From positions 128,001 through 192,000 of the IMG/VR virus record IMGVR_UViG_3300028591_000070: a stretch of DNA of 64,000 bases. One strand, given 5' to 3'. Made by a program: the position numbers and the translations under genes. This document shows, in pieces, positions 11,038-23,000 of this stretch. A model generated the notes under the pieces. It was given only the letters and a program-made list of their open reading frames with translations. It ran no database searches and was not told the origin of the DNA. Source of the stretch: a virus. Its lineage: Duplodnaviria; Caudoviricetes. Every line of letters starts with the position of its first letter. Position 1 is the first letter of the stretch.

Positions 11038-14000
11038 ATGAAAAAGTTTCAACCTAATAGTGATCTATACAACAATTTTTACGATGGCTACACTTCTTCA
11101 GATGAATTTATAGCCAAAAAAAGAATCCATACAACTAATGAAATTCCTCCTCTTTCAATTTATAAGAATCTCCATTCTATGCTTCAGAGAGATTTCTGGA
11201 AGAACTTAGTTGGCGACACAGAAATTATTTATGATGAGTATTATAATTTAGACACAGATGGAAAAGAAACTTTTGATAGAAATGGTGACATAAAGGAAAT
11301 GTCAGTTGCCAAATATACAAATGGCATTCGTTCCTTAAACTATGGCCCAATCCCTAGATTAGTTTGGAATAAAAACTGGAAAAAAGATTATGAGAATTAT
11401 TTACAACAAGTAGAAGATGGTGAAGCATTTGATGAAGGTAAAACAGCAAATGACTTTAAATATATTGTAGATAATTCTGAAACAAAATATAATCGTTTTG
11501 AAGTAACTGGTGTTTTTGAGCCTCAGAAAGATCTTATGATGCATGAGGCTTATCGCTATTTAAGTTGTATTTATCCAGACCATCCAGATTATTTGAACAT
11601 TCTTACAAAGAATGAATTTGATGATAAAATTGATGACTCAGCTTGTTTAATTGATTATAAGATTGATATTCCTTTTATGGATTGGCTTCCAAAATATTTT
11701 GAATATATTGAAGGAATAAATACACAAATTGCTCAAGAAGATGAAGCTGCAAAATTAAAGATTCGTAACCTTAAAAATTATGCAATGAATAGAAAATTCT
11801 TTGGTGCTAAAGAAGGTTATAAAATGTTTGCGGCATCTGCTTTCCAACATGCATCAATTTACTCAGCTTCTCAATATATTCCATTAGAGGGTGGAAATGT
11901 TTCAAGTTTTGGCACTCCAAAGAATGTTGATATTACTTGGTTTAAGGAGTTTTTTGACCAGCCTGAAGAATTTACAAATAGTGACATAGATAAAGGACAC
12001 TACTTATATAAGAAACTTTTCAGAAATATAGATTGGCAGAACTCTTCTTATGATTTCATAAACAGATATAAAGAGCCAACTCCTTTTTATGGAACAGCAT
12101 ATCCAACTCCAAATTCTCGTTTTGTTTTATATGAATATCCAAATGAAAGAATTATCGATACTTTGGATAAACAGGAAGGAAGATCAACTGATGATCTCTA
12201 TGGAACAATAAGAGCTGATTTCAAAGAAGGTCAGAAAATTAAGGTAAGTGGTCAAAAACAAAATTGGGAAGAAGGCTCGTATAAAGAAGGACATATCTCA
12301 TATATTACAAGCGAAACTTATTATAAAGTTAGAGCTATATTAGGATATAACAAGAGTGGTGATTACATGCCTTCTAAATCTGAATTAGAAGAGCATCATA
12401 TTGATAATGCTATTACAGTTGTAAATGTTGATACTCCATTGCAGCCACTTTACAAAAATTTTAGTGTATATCCTTCAAATGGAAAAATACTTCAGCTTAT
12501 TTCAGACCATGACAATAATCCTGAATTAATAGAACATGATAAGGATTTACCTATTGAAGAAAAATGGGCAATTCATAAGAGTGATGCAGATGTAATGCTT
12601 CCATATTTTCAATCACTTGAAATGGAACAGCCTTTCTATTGTTCAACTATTGTTCTTGAGAATATTTATGGTGATATTAAAGGTGAATTATCAAGATTTA
12701 ATGAGGCTCCTAAAGTAAAAACTGCAAAAATCACATTAGACCCACATCAAGATGGATGCATATTTATTGCCCCACAACAGCAGATTTCTGAATTTGAAGA
12801 GGCCTTAAATATCACATTAAATATAGATAGTTGGTTTGATGAGAATGTAGCAAAACCTGCCTCAAAAATAATTTATGGAACTACAAATCTTTCTGATAAA
12901 GCTTTCTTGAAAGAAGGTGATTATATTGTTTCAGAAGATAAAAAATATATCTCATCTGTTTTAGGATTGTCTAGCGCATTCTTACAATTCAGCTTAACTG
13001 GAAAAGGAACAGACTATGAACTTATAAATAAAAAAGTAGAAGCAATGAATAAAGAAACTACTGCTAGACATGGTGTTGTTTTTGCTTTAAGTGGAAACAA
13101 CCCAGAAGCAGCAGGAAAAAGAGTAATTGTTTTTGGTAAGCCTACTTTTGAAGATGTTACTTCTATGGACAATGATCCAAGAAAATTCTCTTCTAAGGGT
13201 GTTTATTTTGATGTTAAAGCAATTCCTACAACTAAAGACCATGCTCAATTAAGATTTATTTACGGTAGTAGATTTGCTTCTATTGCAGCTCAAAAATATC
13301 AAGATTTAAGACAGTTGTATAAAGATGATTATCTTTCTATTGCTGATGAATATGCTAAAAATCTTTTAGATAATCTTCTTTTGATTGATGAAAGTTTTAA
13401 GGCTTTAGATGAGAGAGTTGAAAAAACTAGAGAGTCTATTAAGAATGAGTCTATTTATTACAATGACTACTCAGCTAAAAAATATGATTATTATATGGAC
13501 ACAACTATTTCTGCTATGCTTCTTCGTAAAGTTTTACAAAAACAAGCAGAAAAAACTTATAAGCCTTATGATGATGAATTAAATGGTAAAATTGATGACC
13601 TTGTAAAAACTTATAGAAATACTTGTAACTATGAACTTACTATGGCTGGTGATACAACTTATGCAAATCTTGAAACAGCTAGAAATATTTATACAGATAG
13701 TTTAGTTGACGCTTGGAATGGTTTCAATAAAGTATTTAATGAGGAATACAATAAGTTTTATAAGGCTATTAGCAATTTAGTAGAAGATGGCACAGATTTA
13801 GAAGCTCCAAAAATTAAAAAGAATCTTGAAAAGAATTATAAGATTGTAAATGAAAAATTAAATATTCTTTATAATGCAATTTTAGATTATACACAAGTTT
13901 ATAATGACTCAAATTGGACAGATATTTCTCAGCCATTAGAAGATCTTCTCGGATGGTTTGATAGATTTAAGGACTCTAGAACTCTTATCAGAGAAGCTTA

Positions 14001-17000
14001 TACTAAACTCTTCAAGGATGGTAAAGATGCAGAACAAATCTATCTTAATAGCTGCATACAGTCTCTTAAAGAGTTTAATGATGTATATTATCCTCAATAT
14101 GTTGAATATACTAAGGCTCTTAATAATTCTGAAAATGATGTTCATGAGGAATTAGAGTCAGTTGAGCATCTTTTCTCAGCAATTTCATATTACTATGATG
14201 AAATTGAAAATACTCTTAATCAAAGAAAAACAGTTACTAAAGATGTAACAGACTCTTTCAAAGATGCATTCTATGACTATACAAACTTTATAATTTCTTC
14301 TTGCGGTAAAGGTTCTTATGACGAAAGAGGAATGGCCGCCTTCAAGAAAGATTATAATAAAAAATTACAAGAATTTATTACACTCGAAATTAAAGCTAAA
14401 GAGGTTGTTAAAAAATATGTAGATGAATACATGACTTGGTTTAGTGAAGAGATTGCAATTTATTTTGATGATGAGCAGTTTTATAGCGATGTTATAGACA
14501 TTAAGAGCTCAGACCCAGAAATTAGAAATCTTTCACTAGATATTCTTGGATGTGATACAGTTTTATTTACTGAAATGCTTCCAAATAAAGCATTCTTATT
14601 AGCTCCTCTTCCTAAAGACCTTTTAATGAGAAAGGAATTAGAAGGAGATTTTAGTTACTCATTACTTACAGACCAAGATTATTTCCAAGATATTGTTTCA
14701 TTCAAGAAAAATGAATTTGATGATTTATTGGAATTAGAAGCAGAAAGTATTTTTGGTAGAAGTGGATTGCTCACAAACTGTAAATCAGTTTCAATGGATG
14801 CTTGGAGTTTTGGTTCAATAAACACAGCAACATTAGCAGAGACTCACTATGATGAGGATATATTTGATTATGTTACTGAAGATGTTGCCTTAAAAACAGA
14901 AGCAGATAAAAACTTCTTAGGTGATTACTATCAGTCTAATAAACCTTGGATAAATGATTATTATATTGATGACCCACAGGCAGCAGAATTAGAAGTTAAA
15001 CAATATAAATATTTTGACTTAAATCAGGATATTTATACTTTAATGAATGATACTGATATGACTCATAAGTTTGCATATTGTGACCCTAATATGCTTGAAA
15101 TGTTCTTAACTGATGAGGATAAGAATAATATTCGTGGTGAGGTATTAAATTTTAATAAAGTAAAAATTAATTGTCATACTGTACAAGATTCAAATGTTGT
15201 TACCTTAGAGGAAAGAGCATCAATTAGAAAATTAGATTATATCACAACAGGATGCCAAGTTATTGGTAAAACTGTAGATGATGATACATATGTAGAAGCA
15301 ATTGACTTAGAAGATCATTCTATAACATTAAATAAGCCAATGCAGATTACAGGTGAATTTGTATTTACATTTTTATGTAAAATTCAATATGAGCCTGATG
15401 ACGTTTCAGAAGACTTCTATAATTATCGTATTGCAGCTTCTAAAAATAAAGAAGTTTCAAATAACTCAATTTTTGAACATGGTGTTATTGATACCTTAAA
15501 TTATGGCGAAATCTCAGATTATATGCTTAGCTCATATATTGATTTTGCTGTATTTAGAGAAGCTCTTACTGATAACTTACAAGAGCAGCCATACTATAAA
15601 GAAAACTTCAATTTGCTTGTAAGAAATTTCTATAATAGATATTTGGGAACAGCTCGTGAGAATGATGTATTTGTTAAGCCATCTATGATTGAGAATGAAG
15701 ATGATATTTTCTTTGAATTAAATGCTTATAACCTTTTAGGTGAAGATTATATCATGAGGCAAGAAATATTAGATTATTTCTATCAGTACTTAGATGAAAT
15801 GACAAAAGCTTCAGATGACATTCATCTAGGTGTTGCTGTAAATGGATATACTCTAAATGATGGAAAAGTTTTCCATGGTGATAGCGCATTCTCAGATAAA
15901 AACATTCATGCTAAGTTTATAACTACTGATGACTGGAAGGATTATGAGCCATTCTATATTAAGATTGGTTGTGGTTGTATTCCAGGTATTTTTGATGAAA
16001 AAGAAATTGTAGACCACGATGAGAATGATGAACTTGTAGGAAGATCACTTTATAATGAACATGATGACCCTTATGGTTCTGCTCTTTATAATGGTTCACA
16101 AGTAGAAGTACAAGATAATACTCAAAGAAAACATTATTATGATATTGGTGACCCTGTATTTAAGGCTCGTTTAGGTGAATATGAAATTCAGAAAAATATC
16201 ATGTTTAATGATTTCTCATCTGATAGAGTATTTAATACTATCCAATTCTCAGTTATGAAAAGAATCATCGACTCATTTGTTGATGATAACACAATTACTA
16301 TTGCGAACTCAACAGTTTCAAACTGGAATGGATTACAAACATGGCCTAAAAACTGTTATACAATAGATGATCTTTATATTATGGGTGAAAATGGGGAAGC
16401 AGCTGAACTTAAAGATATAAACTTCTTAGGTGAATGGTCTCCTAAAATTGAAAATGATGAGATTGTTTTCCCAGAAAAGCCATTATATGACAATGTATTA
16501 AATTATTATGTAATTACAAATAATTATAGCTTCATTGTAGATGAGAAAGAGGTTAATTATAAGCCTGGACAGATTATTATCTGGGAAAATGACAAATGGA
16601 TTGTTAAAACATTCTATGCTGCTGGATTTATTGGTGATTCATATTCTGCAGCAAAATATATCACAGGTAAATATGAAGATGAGGCTATCACAACAGGTTC
16701 AAATCTTATCATTACTGAAACAACAGATTTTAGAGCAGTTATTCTTTATAAGGTTTTAAATTCTATTGGATGCTATACTAATATTGCCACTGCAGCAAAT
16801 TATGGTTACTCTAAATTATTAGAGCTTTATCAAAATGCTTTAGCATTCTTCAAAGAAGAAAAAACAATAGATGAAGTAAATGAATCAGTATATCCTATTG
16901 AATTAGACCCAACCTGTAAAAATACTTTTGATGAGAATACTTGTTATTGGTTTGAATACATTGGATATGATGCCGATTTTGCGGATGCTTTGGCAAATAG

Positions 17001-20000
17001 AAACTTTAAGCCAGGACAGTTTATTGCAGCTATTTATAATATTGACCATTTCGAGATTGTATTATGCGATGTTTCTCAATTACTATTCCATTTTGATAAC
17101 TCAAGAAAATATCTCTCTGAAAGAGAGTATAGAACATTCTTTGGATTAAACTCTAAAGCAAATGGAGCTTCATTAGAAGGTGAAGATTATATTGATAGAT
17201 ATCCATTCTTAATCAATGAAAAAATTGAGTCTATTTCAAATACTATTAAGTTGAGAGATTATGAAGAGCTCGTTCCAGGTTCATATTCTTCTATGAATAG
17301 AGTTTGTATTCCATTCACAGCAGAAGGATTTAGATATTTAGAAGATGGTTCAATCTCAAAAGAAAAAGAAAAGATTTTCCTTACAGAAGACTATATTTTC
17401 TCAGATGATGAAAATAAAGTATTATTTACATATAACATGATTGATGGTAAACCTGTAAAGTTTGCTATTTATCAGGAACAGAACAAATACTTTAAAAATA
17501 TTGTAAATAATGTAGTTGGATATTCAAAAGAAGAGGTTCTTACAAAAGATGGCCTTATTCAGAATGGTATCTTTACACCTGTTTCTGGATTTGACTTCAG
17601 TGGCTCAAGTTTAAGTTTGAATGATAGAATTTTAAGTCTTAAGCCAATTGATATTCGTTCAGCTTATGGACTTTATTTAGAGCCTCGTTTATTCAGTAAA
17701 TATACAACTATTTCTGGTACACTTAAAGGTATTATTGCAGATTCAGATATCGAAGAAAGACTTTATGGAAAAGTTTTGAAATGGAATGTTTCTCATGAAT
17801 TTGGAACTGGTACAAAAGAATATCTTAATAGAGTTTCATTTGCATCAGTTTTGGATAATTTCCGTCCAAATAATAAACAAGATGAAACAGTTTATCAAGA
17901 AAATAGTTTGACATTTGATAAAGATTCATTTGAAGACAAAATTATATCTGCTCCTAAGATTACAAAAGTGAATATCTTGGATAAGATTTCTACAGAAAAT
18001 GGAGTAACTTATTATAAGAATAATCTTATCGTTGAAGGTACAATTGATGAAAAAGACCCAACAGTTATCAACTTTGGTAGTACAAAATCTATTGATGCCT
18101 TAAATAATGTACAGGTTGGTGATAAGATTCTTGAAATTGCTTCTCTTACAAATGGTTCAAATACATTTAATCAGATTGATGCCGACCTTACAGGTATTAG
18201 ATTTATTGATTATAGAAATAATAAACTCTTGATTTGTGCTGACTCAGGTATGAAAGTAAGAGAAATGAGTGAGTTTACACTCGAGAATGTTAAGAGAATT
18301 AATGGTTCTACAAGACAGGACTACATCTTAGATGATGAAGTATTAACTGGTTCTGTAAGTCCTTCAATGCTTATCTGGGATAATGACCAAGAAAATTGGA
18401 TTTTAGCCCTTAAAGAAGCAAATGCTGAAATAGGTCTTGGAATGTATAATATTTCTTTCCAAGATGATAATAGAATCGTTCTTATTAAGATTGATGAAGA
18501 TCTTGAAAAAGATAATGACTTCAATAAGTTCCAATTAGTTGACCCTTACATTACTGAAAATCTTGATAAACTTAATAATTCAAATGATAAATTAATTTCT
18601 CATAAATATAGCGAAGGTAGAATGCTTGCAAGAGATATGGCCATTCGTGAAATTGATACAACAATCAATAAAAAGCCATCTAGAGCAACTGTTACTGTTG
18701 AATATAAAGAAACAAATGGCAAGATTCAGCCTAAATCTCCTATTATAGAATATGATGCATCACCTAGAAATTACATTGAATTAGATTGTACTATAAGCAA
18801 TACAAAAGAAGAAACAACTCTTAAATTAAAGAAAGATAAAGCTTATTGGTTGTTTGACAATAGAATTGGTAAGTGGATTTTCTATCAGACAAATAAGGGT
18901 TCTGAGATTCATATTGGTGACCAAGGAAAAGATTCTCTTAATTTAAGACTTTATTATGTTGGTTACAATACAGCTAAAAATATTGGATTAGACCAGACAT
19001 TTGAAACAGATGCTTGGGGATTTGCTGATGCTACAGAGGTAAATGATAATACTTTAGCTCAAGGTGAGTTCTTATGGAAATTACCTCGCCCAATGTATGA
19101 CAATGAAATTATTGCCGTACAAGTTGAAACACAAGCTTCTTATGAAAAGAGCTCAAATGTTGATGATAAAGATAATAAGTATTCAGAAATTGATGTTTAC
19201 GCCGAGATAGCGGGCGCAACAATTTCAGACGTAGCTATTACAACTAAAGACATTCTCACAATTGGTACAGAAGCTTATGATAATCATGAAGCTTTAAGAA
19301 ATAAAACAGACTTCGATAGATTACCATATGTAACAGGACCTTATATTCCTTATGAGGATAAGTCTAAAGTTATTAGAGGTTGCTCAAACTCAGATGGTTA
19401 TGAAGCTGTTTTGGTAGGTACAAATATCTTTATTAAGTCTCCTACAAAACTTTGGACTTCTGACAATAATAAACATTATACTCCAACTATGGAAACAGAA
19501 GAGTTCTTCTGGAAACGTGCAAAACTTCCAAGATTTAGAGATATTTCTCATGGTGATATTTCTAAAATGACTATTGAAGATGCATTTACAAAAGTTGCAA
19601 TTATGCGTCTTATGGTTTTGGAAGACCTTAAAACAAACTTCCCAGAGTCTGCATTCTATGCTTGGCTTAAAAATAATGAAGTTGTTCATTATGAGAATAT
19701 TGATGATATTCCAACAAAAATCACAATGAATGATGTATCTTATACTATTACTGCTAATGGTACAAGACCTACATATTTCACAACACTTAAAGATGGCGAG
19801 CTTGTTCCAGAAAGTGTAGTATATGGAAAAGCATTGCATTTTGAAAATTATATCGCAGCAGAGGATGTTGACCTTTCATTAGGATATGCTTCAAACTCAT
19901 ACTTAAAAGAGCAGATGTATCTTTCTTATTTGAGAGATTTCTATGAAATTATTTTAGGTTGCAATAATATTACAAATATGTTTGAAGAAGGAATAAAAGA

Positions 20001-23000
20001 TATTAAGATGTCTAATACTTGTCTTATTATTACTTCTTATAACAATATCATCATGAGTTTGCCATTCTCTAAAATGACAAGTAGAGATGATATTGAAAAC
20101 ATGAATAACTGGAATATGCTTAGTCTTAATACTGACTACGAAATTCCATGTTGTGATAATCATTCATATCAGAATGGAAATTATATCTATAAAGATAGTC
20201 AGAATGGTATTGTAACTTATAACTTTGGACCAAAATTATCATCATTCTTTGCTTATGACCTTACTTGCTCATATGTTAAGGATGATATTCAGGTTTATGG
20301 TGGTACATTAAATCTTGATAATCAGGCTGTTTCAGATTATTTGAGCTTCCTTAAAAAGTTTGATGGTGTAGATTATGACTATTCTTGGATGGATAAATCT
20401 AATGTAAATGCATTTAAGAATAAACATTTATTCATTGCTTATTCAAGTGATAATGGTCGTACATTCACTACAGTTGACCTTACAGAAGCTGGTATTCAGA
20501 TTCCAACAATGGGTTCAAATGTAAATGCAATTTATAGAATAGATAATACTATTAGAATTCTTTATAACAAGAGTTCTGATAAGATTTATAATTATGATAT
20601 TATAATTAAGGATGACTCTCTTGAAGAAAGTTTGATTGAAAAAGAATATACTGAATCTGACATTAAGTATAAGCTAATGAATAAAAATTTCTATATTGGT
20701 GGTGGCTATGAATGTTTAATCAACTCACCAGTAGAAAAGAATAGCTTTAATTCAAGTGTAGATAGTTTTATTATCTCAATGCCAGGTGCTTTCTCAGGTG
20801 GTACTATTTCTATAAAATCTGCTACTTCTATCACTTATAATCCAACAAATGTATATGATACAGATGGTGGAAACTTAAATGTTAGAGTTCTTTTAGCTAT
20901 TCAGACTTCTAAACAGATTTATGATCAGTTCAAATACCTCGACTATAAAGAAGATTACTTCAATATGCAAGGTGATTTAAGAGTAAGCGAATCTGAAGAG
21001 GTATTGAATTCATCAACTGCTGATAGAGCATTCTCATTAAATGAAACTTTACCACTTGCTCAAGAGTCAATTTATAGTATTCCTTCATTAGCTGTTGATA
21101 CTGGAGATAAAGGTACTCATAACATTTATAAATATAATGTTTCTCTTAAGAATGGCTCAAATGAAAAGGTTTATAACCCAATTCCTATGACAAACTTTGA
21201 AGGTAATGACATTTATCTTTGTGGTATGGTTTCTCAAGAAGAAGGAAAGAAATTCTTAATTTATAGAAACAGAACTATTGGAAGTTGCATGACATTTAAG
21301 GATATTCTTAAATCATATAATAGTTCACCAGATATTATTGACAATATCCAGAGAATGTATGATATAAATGATGACTTTGAGTTTACTGTAAATGATGAGT
21401 TCTTAACAAATATTATCAATAAATATGCAATTGATAAAAATCTCATCTTAAAAGAAATTCATTTTGAGAATGAAAATCCTCATATGATAAATACTACAAG
21501 TGAAAATACAGATGAAGATATTATCCAGATTTTGAATAATAAATACTTCTTAAAGTGGCCTACAATCGATGGTGCTTTATGCGAAAAGCTCTGTGGTGAT
21601 TTAGGACTTGAATTTGATGAGTATGATGGTTCTAATACTGATGATGGCCTTAAAGAGTTTTTAGAGAAGTTGCAGCTTCTTGAGAAAGATTTAGGCAACC
21701 TAACAGATGAAATTATTAGATCATACTTTAAACCAATTAAGGTTTACTATAATGAAGATGACTACTTCTATGGCGTTTATGAGATTAGTTCATCTACAAT
21801 TTTAATGACAGAAAGATCAATCAAAGAAGTTATTTCAATGACTTATGAGTTTGGTTCTACTTTCAATTATTTGGATAATTCAATTCTTACAAGTACTACA
21901 GATTTGGATGAAAATAATTTGAGTATGTATACTGCTGTATTAAATACTCAATATGATGAAAACTCTTTAATAAACGCAATTGCTATTGATCCGGTTGGTT
22001 ATGGAGCTTCAATAAGCAATAAGAAATGGGATAATAAGCTTCCTCAAGATATTGACCCAGCTGCTTGGGTTGAAAATACAATGTTGTTCAACTCAAATGG
22101 AGAGCCAATCTTCTTATGCGACACAAATGGAAATAATGTCACAATGAGAAAAGGTTTATTCTATGGTGAAAAAGGAAATGTTTATACAGTTTCTCATGAT
22201 AATCTTTATGCTGAAGATTCAGTTATTGACATTTTTGATGGCAACTTGGTTGATAATAAATCAACATTCCATTTCTATAGTTTACCTGAGTCTGAAATAA
22301 AGATTTGGACACCTTTTGAAAAAGTTGACCTTAAAGATACAGTAATTACTCCATTTAGAGTTTATAGAGGTGGTATTGCAATTTCTAAAGAAGAATTTGA
22401 TGCTCACTACACTTTAACTTATAGTTCTCTTTATAAGAATGACCTTACACCTTATGTTGGTTTAGCTATCACTTATGATGGTGAAAAACTTGCATTTAAG
22501 GGAAGTTATAATGGTGATGCTCTTGTTGAAAATGATGTTCTTAATATAACTATAACAGATAATAGATCTGGAGCTTCAGCTTCTATAACTCTTGAAGTAG
22601 AAAATAACAGCTTCAAAGTTGTAAATGTTCCAAATACATATGAGGCTTATACAGAAGATGATTCACAACAAATAACTTATGTTATCAATAGAGAACTTTC
22701 TAAGATTTCTATTCCAGATAATAATATCAGTGGAGCAATTTCTAGAGAAAATGGAAAAACAAATTTAGCAATTACAATTGCTAGATGGCCTGAAAAACCT
22801 TCAATTATCATTTATGATAATGATGGTAATTCAGCAAATCTTAAATTGGATGTTGTTAAATTAAATCCAAAGCTTTATACAGATAGAGATTGGATTAGTG
22901 ACAATTTAGATGTAGATGGAATAAATTGTAAAGTATACTCAGAAGATGTAGATATTACAGATAGATATGTTATCACAAAAACTAATAAACAAATTAAAGC

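Noticed and set aside
13936-21698. Short alternative-frame ORFs within the giant gene
   Set aside because: These are expected by chance in a 13-kb AT-rich ORF and show no signals.
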